Assembly: GCA_039096225.1 (NCBI GenBank)
Contig: JBBPEB010000027.1
Location: forward strand, 248,001 to 312,000
Source: Blastocystis sp. Blastoise
Taxonomy: Eukaryota > Protista > Bigyra: Opalinata
DNA: 64,000 nt
Reading direction: 5' to 3'
In this document: positions 30,004-57,843 of the stretch, one piece after another
How the letters are laid out: the number at the start of each line of letters is the position of its first letter
Numbering within the stretch: the stretch's first letter is position 1
The notes under the pieces: generated by a model
What the model saw: only the letters and a program-made list of their open reading frames with translations
The model's database searches: none
Told to the model about the DNA's origin: nothing
Position numbers and translations under genes: made by a program

Positions 30004-30795
30004 TAGAGAATTACCAAAAACCAGCTAAAGCTAAATAGCTGGTTTAAACCGGCTAAAAATTTTAGCCGGTTTTGTTTTTGCTTAAAATATATAATTATAT
30101 ATATTGTTATTGCCTAATTTCAATATAAAAGTCAATGAAATACATATATCTATATGTATATAAACTACGGTCCATATTAAAAAAAAATAGAATTTTGATT
30201 CAAATTGTCATGAATTGTTGAGATAACTATAATAATAAAACTCAAAAATGTATTTTTAGATTCATAAGTGAATAATATGTTTTATTAAATACAAATCTGA
30301 CTAATAATTTAACTGAATCCTTTTTTAAGAATTATTATTTATTAAGAATTTTGTTGTTTATATTTCAAGTCAATGAAATTAAGAATATATAATACTAGAA
30401 TATTAAGTATTTTCATAATTCTATAAGAAATGACTTTCTTCAATTCTATATCAATAGCAAAAAAATCATTTAAAATAACAAAGAAGCTTAATCTGAACAT
30501 ATAAGAAAACACTCAATACATCTCTTAATGATAGAAATAGGAATGGAACATTTCTTTTAATATATAGCACTTTATCATTGCTAGTTTTTGTTACTGATAT
30601 ATTTAAGCATCAAATTTGTTCATAACAATAAAAATGAAAAAGAGTATACTCAATAATATACAAAAAAGAAATTTTTGTCTTTAGCTGGTTTCAAAATCGG
30701 CTAAAAATTCTGACTGTAAACAAAAAAAATCGGCTAAAATTTTTAGCCGATTTAAACCAGCTATTTAGCTTTAGCTGGTTTTTGGTAATTCTCTA
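30004..30795. mobile_element. Non-autonomous hAT-type DNA transposon (MITE), 792 bp
   Basis: ~70-bp terminal inverted repeats starting TAGAGAATTACCAAAAACCAGCTAAAGC (30004-30073 and 30726-30795, 2 mismatches). Perfect 8-bp direct repeat CTTTGAAG at 29996-30003 and 30796-30803. No ORF inside. Confidence 0.92.
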
Positions 30796-31895
30796 CTTTG
30801 AAGATAGGGTCATGTTTTTTTGTTTTTTTGTTTCAAATGAATATTTTGTTGATGATAAAAAGATTATAGTAGTATTATTCACATGATATAAACAATAGAA
30901 TAAGGATAATCATCATAATACTTGTCAAGTTAAATGTTTTTATAAAACTTAGTTGAAATCAGTTGCTATTTATTTATTATCTTATAGTATAATCTAGATT
31001 TTTAGATCTAGAGTTGAATAGATTTATTTACAAATTAAATGGATAGGTCTAGTAAAGAAATGTTGACATTTTACAAAAATAGAAAGTTTTCATGAATATT
31101 TGTGATGATACTATATTTTTATGTTGATGCCCTATATGAAACATAGGAATATCTTTCACAATCAGAAGTTAATAAAGCCTGATTCTAGTCAATAGGATTT
31201 CATTTGTTTCATTTATGTAATAATATTTAGTTGTTTTGATATTTATATATTATAATATATTGAAAACAATATAAAGTAGAATATATTCATACAAGAGAAA
31301 AGTATGTGATATAGAATAAATAAATGAAACAAGAATAATATATAGCAGAAGAGAACTTATATACAATTTATTGGCGTGAAAAATTATAAAGATTTTGCGA
31401 ACTCTAAAAGAATAAAAAAAAATAGATTTGAGTATATATAAATAAAGAATGATAATATTCTTATATAAAAAATAAAACAAAACAATATATAAAATAAATG
31501 AAATGTGAATAATTTAACTACAAAGAATGATTACTAATAATAAACGAACAGAAAAATATTAAAAAAAAAGAAAAATGTTTTTGATAAAACAAAAATATAT
31601 TTTATAAATAAGTTAGAAAGCCTTTGAGAAATATCAATAAATAAATATAAATATATATATATATATAGATAATGAAACAAAAAAGAAAGTCTTAATATAT
31701 ATATAGTTTTCATTGATAAAAAAGAAATATAATTGAAACACAATAAAAGAAATAAATTGAAATATAAACATAAACATAAACAAAAAACAAAAAAAAGTGT
31801 AAAAGAAGAAGAGAATTCGAATAAAGATGAAGAGAAAGCATGTTATATATATATATATAGTAAAGATAAAAAAAAAGTATATATATAGATATATA

Positions 31896-37399
<5,504 letters not shown>

Positions 37400-37683
37400 T
37401 TTTTACATATATAAAAAAAGAAAACTGATCAACAATTATCTTTTCAATATTCTTATTCACAACAACTTAATATATACTATACCAATAATACATAAAGAAA
37501 ACTATAATATATACTTGACGAAAGATAGCCTCTTTAATAGTTCTTATTCACTTTTTTTAAAATTCCTTGTTTAAGATAATCTTTCTGAAAAATGTTTCGG
37601 ATTTCATTGTTCAAATCAAAATAATCGTGTTATTTTTTCAATATATTCCTTTTCTTTTTTTGTGTATTCTATTTATTTTTATC

Positions 37684-38392
37684 ATGAATTCTACATTTAT
37701 CCGTATATGAATCCAATATAAATAAACTCACAATTCTATAGAGAATACAATTGGTATTGTTCTTGTTGGAGCACTTTGGGGATGTACTAATCCTTTCCTT
37801 AATTCTGGTATTTTCAATTTTTTTAAATCAAAATATATTATATATATTTATTTTCTATTATTCTATATCTAGGTGTTAAAAGAAAGTCAAATAGTGTTCA
37901 AACTGAGTCCTCTATGTGGAGATATTTTATCTCTATGTGGACTAATATTGCTGTATGTTATTGTTATCCATTCTTTTATCTTTTATTCAAAACATTTTTT
38001 CTTTTTCGAGAAATTCAAATCATTATATCTCCTAATTATACTATTATATTTAGTTCTTAATTCCTTATGCACTAAATCAAAGTGGTTCTTTACTCTTTTG
38101 GTATCTTCTTGGAAAGACGAGTATCATTTATTTCTTTTTTTTAACGTATTTATGATCATGTCATTACTCCCTAGATATGTCTATTACTGTTCCTGTATGC
38201 AACGGATTGAATTTTATATTCACTGCTCTTATGAGTCGTATTCTTGGAGAAAAAGCTTCACTTGGCTGGAGTATGTTTTTTTTTTAATTTTTTTTTGTGT
38301 GTTCATATTACTCATTATCTTATATAGAAAGTATTTTTGGAATCATATTAATGGCTATAGGTTTATCTATTTGTATTAAAGAAAGTGTCTAA
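37684..38392 (+). CDS. TMEM234: Transmembrane protein 234 (DMT superfamily)
   Basis: LVGALWGCTNPFL, PYALNQSGS, SITVPVCNGLNFIFT across short exons. Confidence 0.9.
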
Positions 38393-38839
38393 ATGCGCCT
38401 TTTCGTTAATTCTAATCTATTTGATCATATATTGTCACGATCATGTTGTCTATATTTTTTTTTGTCTTTTCTATTGTATTTCATCATTCTCATTTGTATG
38501 CAATATATATCCTATTCTTCTATAATTTCTATTTGAATATTTGTTAGTGTCGTTCTGTAATTTTTTAAGACATTTGTTTTTAATATTATTTTATTTTATT
38601 TTCTATTTCTTCATATTAAGTTTCTATTTTAATCCTCATAGTACATCATCAAATCCATACTCTCTTTTTTGTATTTTGTTCATTTAAAAACCATTTCCAT
38701 TTAATTGTGATTCGATTTAAAAAATGAATTCATAGAGTAGAAATGAGAGGAACTTTTTTTTTTTTAACGGGAATTTAGAATCAACAATTGTTGTCTTTTA
38801 TTTCTTTATTTCAATACAAATACTAAAGATAAGTCGATC

Positions 38840-40448
<1,609 letters not shown>

Positions 40449-41071
40449 TTCTATATATATATAATTCTTTATCACTTTTTGCATTTTCAGCGTTTTTTTC
40501 GTGCTCTATATTCACTCAAGTTATTCTTTTCTTTTCTATTTTTCATTTTTAAAAGTTTCTTTATTCGTGTAAAGTTATGTTTTCTTTTATGATCATATAT
40601 ATACAATATATATGGATATAATAAAACACTATATATAATCTATTTTAAATAATAATTCTATTATTTTTTTATATATAAAATATTATGTTATTATGTACTA
40701 ATAACATTCTACATTGAATTATATGCATTTCATTATATAAACTATATGTCTACAGGATAAACAAAACGAATAAATACAGAAGTATTTCAAAAAGGATCGA
40801 ATGGGTTAATAATATATATCCATAATAACGATTTATGAGTTCATAGGTTATAGCATATGCCAATAAAAAATGAATAATAAAATAAGTAATACATAATTAA
40901 CATTAATTATTGATAAAAAATAAATAGAAAACATACAATAAATTAAATTTAAAAACAAACAATAATATATAATTATTCAATAGAAGTAAACCTAAAAAAA
41001 TAGAATTATATAACAAAATATACCTCTTTATAAACAAGTATATATATAATAGATAATAGATATGATTTGTA

Positions 41072-41336
41072 TTACTTGAATTCAAGGAAAGATAAATCGA
41101 TAACATGTAATTCTCCAAGTAAATTAAGGATCATATATATACAGTATATAACAATAAGAATTATACCATAAGGGCGGGAAACAGTGAACTTTTGGAGGGA
41201 AATAGTGAGAATAGACGCAATAAGAGTAACAAGAAGGAAAATGAACCCCATATTAATAGACGCAGTATCCTCACCAAGGTCTGCACTACCACTATATATA
41301 TATATATATAAGCTTAATATGTTTTATAAGTATTAC

Positions 41337-41427
<91 letters not shown>

Positions 41428-41557
41428 TGTATAATAATATGTATAATAATATGTATAATAATATGTATAATAATAAGTATATATACTTCATAATGCATTT
41501 GATGGTAAGAGCTAAACCATTACCGATAAGCATATTAAACATAGGACCTATATATAC

Positions 41558-41590
<33 letters not shown>

Positions 41591-41847
41591 TATATATATA
41601 TATATACCAGCAAAAGCGCCTCCGATGGCCATTTGTGGGTATCCGTCTTTAGCGATAGCTGTATCAGCAATTAAATCCCCAAGGGAATTACCCCAAGCAA
41701 GGATAGTTAGACCGAGAACAACCGCGGGGATGTTGATCATAAGGCCGATAGAACTAAGAAGAGATACTACTTCTCCTGAAATAAGAGAAGTCCATTGAAC
41801 AACCATAACAAATCCAATAAGAAGAAGGAATAACTAGAGAAATAGGA

Positions 41848-41923
<76 letters not shown>

Positions 41924-41995
41924 GAGATAGTATTTGTTTTCAGGAGGGTGATCATAGCATGTTGTAAAGAATAATATAACCGCAAATATAACACC

Positions 41996-42031
<36 letters not shown>

Positions 42032-42437
42032 TATATATATATATATATATATATATACCAAGAATAAGAGCAAGAGCCCAGTAGGGGAAGGAGCCAAATA
42101 CAGGGTCTAATAGATTATATCCACAAGTCCATATAAAGAATGCAGGAGAGAATAATCCGGAGAGAATCATATTATATCGGTTCCAATTGTCCTCCATAAC
42201 CATGGGAATCGTCCAATTTCTTAAGAGAGTGAAAGGGAATTCAAGAATAAGAAGGCATCTCTTAAAGTAACTATTGGAGAGGAACTCCTTATAATCATTT
42301 TCCATATAAGTAACTAATGGTGATTTTGGAACAGGAATCAATTTCTCAACATCACTTTTATCATTAAGAAGAGATTGACCTGTTGTTGATAAAATCTCCT
42401 ATATATATATATAAATAAAATGACTTTATTATTAAAA

Positions 42438-42473
<36 letters not shown>

Positions 42474-43113
42474 GAATGATAGTTTTAGTGTTTTCTTCCT
42501 TATTGGCGATAATACTGGCCTTCGTCTCTACGAGTGTATTAATAACCATACCAGTACCTTGTTTACCATCCATACTAGGGCCATCTATATATATATATAT
42601 ATATTATAGTATTGAGAGGAGAAACATTTATATAAATAAACGAAACTATATAAATAAAAATATAACTATATATATATTAGGAGAGAGGACAACAGAATCT
42701 GCAGAAGTAGGAGAAATACCTTCAATCTTTATAGGATTTGGTTTGTTATCAAAGAATTTACGACCAAATATAACTAAAAGAACAAAAATAGCATAGATAA
42801 TAAGGAATCCTAAAGCTTCAAATATATTCACATTTCCGTTAAAGAATACTATTCCTAAATAGATAACGGCTCCCTATATATATAATTAATAATAATTAAT
42901 AATAAATAGAAATATTCTTTTTATATAATTATCACAAGAAAATGATGAAAAGTTGTTATGTAGATATAATATTATAGAATAATAAATATATACTATTATA
43001 ATAAACAAATAGTATATCTACAATAATAAATATATATATACAATATAGAATGATATATCTCTAAGAAATGCTGAGGGAACAGTACGAGCATGAGAAACTA
43101 AGGATACCGCACC

Positions 43114-43146
<33 letters not shown>

Positions 43147-43746
43147 ATTATTATATATATATACCAACAACGATAGTAGTAACAAATAAACCACCACCAA
43201 CATTACTACCAAGACCTATATATATATATATATATAATAATAATAAACATAATAAATATAAATATATAGACCAATAGCCGCATTATCTTTAATAACGGAG
43301 GAGATCATGGAGAAAAGATCAGGAACGCCGTTACCAAACGATAAGAAAGTGACACCTGCAATATTAGGAGGGATATGAAGTTTTTGAACAAATCCTTCAA
43401 GGATTCCACAGAAATAAACATCGGCAGTGGTAATTAAAAGATAAATAAGGACTAAAACCAATACACCCCATAGAATTCCATAGTAAGGAGCAGCCTCTCC
43501 AGCTTCACAATATTGAATATAAAGATAATTAATAAGATTTGCTTGATCAGTGCATCCAGGTTCTTCACACTCAAATCTATCCATAATCTCATAGGCACAG
43601 GTATCATTATTAAAAGTATCATAAAGCATAATAGATTTCTCTTTTACTTCATGTTTTGCGCTTATTATAGGTAAAATAGTGGAAATCGAAATAAGCCCAC
43701 AGAATACTAAGGCTATTTTGATGAACTGAGAGATTCCTTGAGTCAT
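41072..43746 (-). CDS. Cation/Ca2+ exchanger (CCX/NCLX, SLC8B1-like)
   Basis: Alpha-1 repeat IAGVTFLSFGNGVPDLFS; alpha-2 repeat LGLTILAWGNSLGDLIAD...GYPQMAIGGAFAGPMFNMLIG. Confidence 0.92.
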
Positions 43747-44542
43747 TCTAGTTAATGATTTCAGAAAAATATTTTTAAAAAATAGAAGAGAAAATAATTT
43801 GGAGGAACTCTATGACACAGTATACGAAAAGGGAAATGACCTAAAAAACAATATTGAATGGATAGTATTAGCCAATCAAATCGCCTCTATGTGTATAATT
43901 ATGAGTGTGTCAGAGACTCGAAAAGCTTCTCATTTAAAAAAAAACCATTCTAAAGGATTGACTCGTATATGTTGGAGTTTACTTTTGTTTGTCACTTCTT
44001 TTCATTTTAAATAGTTTCTATTAGTATCGATTGTGTGCTTTTGAAAATATAAAGCGAGAAAACGTATGTGCTAATTGAATGAAACAAACGTAACAGTATG
44101 CTTTCATCAACGATCATCTTATTCAAGTTATAATAATTATTATTGAACACTTAGTTTGCCATAAATATGGACATTTAGACGAAATAGTTGTGTAATTTAT
44201 TATGAATCAATATATTTTGAATGTGCATATCAAACAAAACAATAAGCAAAATAATATATATTTATTAAATTATAATATTTTTGTTTTTTTAAATTTTTTA
44301 CGAATGATCACAAGATATCATAGTATATATATTTTAAATATATGAATTAAAAATAAAGAATTTGAGAAAAGTTCATAATACAAAAGAGAAACCAGTTAGC
44401 TAGATATATATAAAAGTTTAAATTACAGAAATGTTAACATATTTACGAATGATAGCAAACATATAAGAAATAAAAAAAAATAATAAATAATCAACACTTC
44501 TAGACTGACTCAAATCGTTAATATTTCGAAAGATTCAACACT

Positions 44543-45029
44543 TTATTCAAGTTTCTTAACTTCAGGATAATTATCCTTTCTGTCTAAATCCTTAAGCATA
44601 CCCTTTAAACCAACTAATTGATTAGCCTATATATAAATAATAAATGAATTTGTGATTTAATTTGATTATTACTATTTATTTATGATTTGTAGACAAATAT
44701 AGATTCAAAAACAACATGAAAAAAAGCATGAAAAAGATAAATGAATAGAATATATTAAGAGATATGAATAAATAAAGTATCAGAATTTCTCTCTACTAGT
44801 TCTCAAGTAGATTTCATAAATAGAATAGATTAAAGAAAGTAAATAACGTAAATCGATGAGTAAATGAGTATCATACTTGCCATTTAGAGAGTTCATAGCC
44901 AGCGTAAGCACCAACACACATATAAAGAATATGTTCCCAAGGTTCTCTTCTAAGAGGAACTTTTCTTAAACCGTTAGAGTATAATTTAACACATAAACCA
45001 AATAAAGCACCACTCCAAGCAGCAATCAT
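44543..45029 (-). CDS. NDUFC2: Complex I accessory subunit B14.5b/NDUFC2-like
   Basis: GALFGLCVKLYSNGLRKVPLRREPWEHILYMCVGAY matches the B14.5b motif. Exon 2 (44626-44543) ends in TAA. Confidence 0.8.
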
Positions 45030-45327
45030 TTTTTTTGAATAGATTACAAAAAGTGTTGATAGACTAATTTCAAGAAAAGAACAGAGAAAATTGTAGCATA
45101 GCAGTCTAAAAAGAATGATTCTACAGAAATAAGATTCTGTCGTGAAAATTTTCATAGAGATTCCAGTGAAAAAGTTGAAATTCTCTATGTCGAGATATAC
45201 GTTTTCATGATAAATATCATGATACTAAAGAAAAAATAGTAGAGAGAAGTTTTATACTTTTACAACTTTTTATACTTTAACTTCGTTTCCTCTTTACATT
45301 TATTTATATTTATATAATCTACAAAAA

Positions 45328-46514
45328 ATGGAAACTGTTAACGAACCTGAACAACAAACAACTACTGATATTAAGCAACTTGTCAAGATGCCTAAGAAAG
45401 ATACTAGAGTTCAAACTGATGATATTACTCAAACTAAAGGTCAAGAATTCGATGAATATGGTTTAAAGAAAGAATTATTGATGGGTCTTTATGAAAGAGG
45501 TTATGAAAAACCTACTCCTATTCAAGAAAACGCTATTCCTGCTGTATTAACTGACAGAAATGTATTAGCTCGTGCTAAGAATGGTACTGGTAAGACTGGT
45601 GCTTATGTTATTCCTTGTTTAGAAAAAATTAACGTTGAAGACAAGTCTATTCAAGGTATATATATAGTTTTTTTTATTATAGTTTTTTTTATTATTATTA
45701 TTATTATTTTTAATCATTTTGAATATGAATAATAATTATGATATTCTTTTATAAATAAAATATGAATATATATAATAAATAGCTTTAATTCTTGTTCCTA
45801 CTCGTGAATTAGCTTTACAAACCAGTTTATTAGTACGTGAATTAGGAAAATATCTTAAAATCGAATGTATGGTTACTTTAGGTGGTACTTCTTTAAGAGA
45901 AGATATTTTAAGATTATATAATGGTGTTCATGTATTAGTAGGTACACCAGGTAGAGTTCTCGATTTAACAGAAAAGGGAGCTTGTAAACTTAATAATTGT
46001 AAAATCCTTGTACTTGATGAAGCTGATAAATTATTATCTTATGTTTTCCAACCTACAATTGAAAAGTTAATTTCTTACTTACCTGAAAAGAGACAAATAT
46101 TAATGTATTCTGCTACTTATCCTGTTTCTATGAAATCTTTCTGTGGTAAATATATGAATGATCCCTTCCAAATTAATCTTATGGATGAATTAACTTTAAA
46201 AGGTGTGAGTCAATTTTATGCTTTTGTTGAAGAACGACAAAAGGTTCATTGTTTAAATACTTTATTTTCTAAATTAGAAATTAATCAATGTATTATTTTC
46301 TGTAATAGTATTAATCGTGTTGAATTACTTGCTAAGAAAATTAGTAGTTTGAATTATAGTTGTTTCTATATTCACGCTAAGATGCAACAACAAGATAGAA
46401 ATAAAGTATTCCATGAATTTAGAAATGGTTCTGCAAGAGTCTTAGTCTGTTCTGGTATGTTTTATTTTATTATATAGATTTTTTTTATTTTTTTTATTTT
46501 TTTTTTATTTTTTT

Positions 46515-46554
<40 letters not shown>

Positions 46555-46860
46555 TTTTAATTTTATTTTAATTAATTAATAATAATTATTAACAATAATA
46601 ATTATACAATCAATATAGATTTAATTACAAGAGGTATTGATATACAGAATGTGAATGTAGTTATTAATTTTGATTTCCCTCAACGTGGTGAGACTTATTT
46701 ACACCGTATCGGTCGATCTGGTAGATATGGTCATTTAGGTTTAGCTATTAATCTTATTACTTCGAATGATAAAGTTAATTTATATCAAATTGAACAAGAA
46801 TTAGGAACAGAAATTAAACCTATTCCTACTAAGATTGATAGAGACTTATATTGTATCTAA
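45328..46860 (+). CDS. DDX6: DEAD-box RNA helicase DDX6/Dhh1
   Basis: [59 protein letters not shown]; 3 exons. Confidence 0.97.
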
Positions 46861-48055
46861 ATGAATATAGTATACTATATATATATATAAATATGATAAT
46901 AATTATTGCTTACTGTCTATTCTAAAAATATAATTATGTGTATATTATAGTATGAACTATAAAATACTTTCTTTTTTTGCTTTTTTTTTCTTTTTATTTT
47001 TTTTCTTTTTATTTTTCTTTTTATTAGATATATATATTTATTGTATTGCTTCTTTATTCTTATTTCTATATTTATATTATTTCTCATGTATCATCATTTG
47101 TGCTAATGATTTTTCTCTCTTTCTTTTTACTTTTTCAAATTATTAATAAAAAAGAAAAATATTTTATAATTATTTTTATACTATACACACCTTATATCTT
47201 TTTTACAAATAGTAATGCTAACTATTATCATATTCATATATACACAATTCCCTTTGTTCTAAATATCATTTTATATTTTCAACATATAAATTGTTTTGTT
47301 GCTTCTCATTTTCTATTTTTTGCGTGTATATTTTGTTATAAATCATCTGCAAAATAGAAACATTTGTCAAAATGTTATGAATTAGGATAGTTATTTTTTA
47401 TTATTTTCATGTTCATAAACACGCTCACAATAGTATGTTGATAAGTGTTCGTTTTATATCAACAAAAAAAACAATTCTTTAAATGGTCTTCTCACGATTA
47501 TGTGTCAATTATTTTAATTAATACATATAAAACTTTCTTATATGCTAATAATGTATTGTAGATTAAAATTACATTAAAATAATTAAAAAAAAAATCATTT
47601 TCATTTTGCAAAGAAAATATTTTTTGGAAAAAACATGTAAATTTTCTATTCAAACTAATTTTTTCAACTAAAAAATTATTATATTCCATTTATTAATAAA
47701 TAAATGACTGTTATAGTAGTTTCAATGTTTATAAACGATACCCTAGAATATTATTTACATATTGACACATAATTGTTTATCTTCTCTATTTATTTGTCGT
47801 AAATAGTGATCATACTTGTTGTAAAAAAATATAAGAACATTAAACTCTTAACATATCAATACTTTCCTTGAGGAACTGCAATACTTCAAATTATTGTTGT
47901 TTCCAAAAGTGTTTATTTTGTGTCCTGATGAGAGCTGAATATGTGAAATCATATAAAGAATCTATACGAACAAGATAGGATGTTGAAAAATGGATCCTTT
48001 GAGAATAATATATTTTTTATCCATAAAAACCATTTCTTTTTTCTTTCCACGAACT

Positions 48056-50929
48056 ATGATCAGGAACTCGTACTACATTGGAGGCTTGTTTCTTTGCTTC
48101 TTGTACATTCTGTTCATTCACAGTTTCTTTGTAAATTTTTTGTCACTATGTCGTCATTCTCTTTATAGATGAGAGAGATCCGATTCTATGATTCAACTTA
48201 TAGGGATTACATTGAGAAAACTGAAAAGAAAGATTTTTTTGTGATAAAAAAAGATACAATTACTGGAAATGAAATTATGCTTCCCAAGGAATACGATGCA
48301 AATGTAAAACGACCAAACATTGTTTTAAAGACAAATTCTTATTCAAATCGCTTTCATTCTCTTGTATCGCTATTCTATCGTAAAAAATGTATATATATAT
48401 ATATGTAATTAAATAAATATTTGCTATTAAAATGATTCTTTTATTACATAAAACATATTATATAATAATAATATATACTATTAGCATCACAAAATCATTT
48501 ATTGAATGACTCTACTGGTATTTCTTCTTCTTCTTCTTCTACTACTAAAAAAAATCGTGATTCTTCGACTGTGAATATGGATGCCATTATCTTTAAATCG
48601 AATAGAATTCTAAATCGTCCTCTGTTACCATTTTCTGAATATATAGATAAACCACATAAAAAAGTTAGTTTTGTTGATAATTTAGGATATATACCTCAAT
48701 CATTTTTAGTAAGTTGGAGAAGAAGACTCATGGAAGAATCTGCTTATTGGGAATCACAACATTATATATATAGAACACCTATACATAAATATAATCAAAA
48801 TGAGTATATATTTTATTTATTATTTATTATTTTTATTTATTATTTATTATTATTTTTTTATTTATTTATATATTATTTTATTTATCTTTATATATATAGG
48901 TATATTCTTGTCTATGCAACTAGTTTATTACCTTCAAAGGTATATATATATATTTTGTTTCTAGAGTTTATATATATATATATATATAGGATATGTCTCG
49001 TCAGAGTATCCAGCAGAATATATTGCGATTCTTTTTATTTCAAATGAAATACTATCCCATCCGTTATGTTCTGTTTAATAATGATCCAACCATTGTTGCC
49101 TTTGCAAATCAACTTCATATCGATATTGTTACAGATTATGAGTATATATATATATATATATATATATTCATATTTTTAATTTTTTATTTCTATGGTATTC
49201 TTCATTTTTCTTCTTTTTATAAATTATTCAATTATATAATAATTAAATGAATGGTTTTATTTTATAATATTCTTTTCAGCTTTTTTAAAACATTCATTAT
49301 TTTTCATAATATACTTATATACTGTTATATATATATTAATTAAATATAAAAGCATTCATAGAAATTTTTTCTATTATTTCTCTATATAAATATATTATCA
49401 TTAATAATATTCTATATATATATATAGATGTAATAAGTTTGGTATTCCATACGTTTCCTTTTTATTTCAATATATAGAATCTCATTATAAGTCCGATTTC
49501 TATGGATATGTGAATGGAGATATAATTCAATCTTCCTATTTATATGATACTCTATCTATTGTTAAAGAAGCTATACAAAATAAACAATTACCTCCTTATT
49601 TATATTATTATTATTATCATTATGTTCATTATTATTATTATGCTTATTATTATTATTATTATTATTATATATAATTATTATTATTATATATAATTAAAAT
49701 ATATAATTAGCATTATTTATTATTTTTATTATTATTATTTATTATTTTTATTATTATTATTTATTATTTTTACATGTCTTCATTAATATATATCATGAAA
49801 ATATATGACTATAATATACTATATAGTTATATTTAACGGGTCAACGATACAATGTTCCCTTCTTGGAATATAATAAATATCGACAATATATTAAATATAA
49901 TGATATTATTCTTGATTTTATCGTTCGATTTAAACCGATTTATGATGTTTTCTCTATGGTATATACTATATTTCTCACATATACTATTCTAAATATTTAA
50001 TATCTATATATATAACTCTATGAATTCGTTATTTTTTTTATGATCAATATAAATATAATATATATATGTATATATAGGATTATTTCATTACAACACCTAA
50101 TGTTCTTTCCCGCGGGGATATTGCACCTATTGTTATTGGAAGGAGGTGGGTAGATACGTATATAATGGCATATATTAATAAACACGGATCAGAATATGCC
50201 AGTGTTGATCTTACTACTATATGTATATATATATATACATTTTTATGATTATTTATTTTTCTATAATACAGTAGTTTTCTTAATTCTTTATGCATATATT
50301 ATCTATATATATGCATAATGTATATGATATATATAATTCTTTATATATATATATTTTTTTTAAGATTTGTTTCTCTTTTTTGAAAGTCTATTATGTTCAT
50401 TCTATATTTGTTTTCTATATATATATTAGTATATCTTTATTTGTTAATCTACTAATATATATTTTTATTTATTAATCTTAAAATAATGTATTCATCTATA
50501 AATAATATATTCATCTATATATATATTCATCTATTCTATTAACTATATATATCTATATCTCCCTCTCCTCCTCTCTAGTAAATACTATTCATCTAAGTAA
50601 CGATGATCCTCATAAGAAGAAACAATCCATGGAAGATTATCTTTATAATTATCAATATTATGAAACATTTAATATCTCTCGATATCTTAATCTTAATGAC
50701 TCTATGTATAAAGCAAGTATGTATATAGTATTATTGTCGTTATTATTTTTATTAATATGTTTATTATTATTACTATAACTATTTAAAAACTATTTTTATT
50801 ATTTTTATTATAACTATTTAAAAGCTATTATTATCTTATTATAACGAATAAAAAATCATTATCATCATTAAAATATATATATATATAGATTATACTGATC
50901 ATCACGTTGTATTTTTAAAACAATTTTAA
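48056..50929 (+). CDS. Type II membrane glycosyltransferase-like protein
   Basis: N-terminal TM segment, then CNKFGIPY, FYGYVNGDII, TGQRYNV, DYFITT, IVIGRRWVD, VDLT and a late His; GT-A-like layout. Confidence 0.6.
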
Positions 50930-52094
50930 TTTGTATCATTATTTATTATATGTAAACAATAATTTTTTTTTACCTTTATTGTTTAATATAAAACAATTTA
51001 TTATGTATGTCGTCTTTGAATAGGTCAGCTATTATATATTTATTTATAAATATTATATCTTTTTTTTTATGTCTGATGGATATCAGTTGGTCTTTCTTTT
51101 GTAATTTCATTTTTGATTTATTCTTACATATTGTTTTTATAGTGTTTCTTTTTTTAATAAATTTTGTAATAAAAAAATTGTTTCATCCTTATTTATCATA
51201 AATGATAATATACTAGTTCAATGAACAAAAAATAAATAAAATCTAAGAATCACCTTTATAGTCTTTCATTATATGCTATTCCATCCATCACTCTAACATC
51301 ATTCCAAGGTTCTAATACATTTACAAATAATTATCTTCAAAAATAATATATATAAAAACAAAAAATCTAGAGAAATGTCTTTGTATGAAAAATAATGAAT
51401 TTAAAAATATCTTATTTATTTAGAACACGTATTGCTAACATCAACAATATATTATCTACTTTATTGAATACATATCTATCATGAGTCGAACTTGGCTTTT
51501 TAAACAATCATTATTCCTTATATGTGTTAATCAAGTTAAATTAATGATCATCCCATGACTGAATTATTTATATATATAACTTGATTGAATCGTACACATT
51601 CTGAAATTGGCCAAAAAGAAATTTAAAAAAATAATAATAGTTACCAAATCATTATGACACATGAATACATTTGCTTATAGTAAATAATAAAATAGTGTCT
51701 AGAAAATAAGAAGGAAAAGCAAAAAGATCATGGCGTTTGTAATGTAGAATTCATTCATGGCGACCATCAAACCAAGTCGGTATTAAAGCTAAATTGAGGA
51801 GACTGTGTCATAGACGTTTCAGTCAAAAAAGCTTTAAAAAAGATTCTATTCCCAACATAATCACGGTTATGAATCCTTTTTCTCTGAAGACGCATCATAG
51901 TGACGACTCAACGTGGAAATGAACAAAGTTGTTTAGTGCTCTCTGATTGGATAATGAAAAAATCAACAAATCATAAATTGAGTTCATCAGAACCATAGAA
52001 TTTTTACTCAATTTCCTATTTCTGTCATGGCAATTATGTTTTGAAGCTCAATATATATATTTTTATTCTTTATTCGAACTTGATTTGTTTCAGA

Positions 52095-57843
<5,749 letters not shown>

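Noticed and set aside
37873-38379. 168-aa ORF as an independent gene
   Set aside because: It overlaps the TMEM234 exons and introns in another frame and has no recognisable motif.
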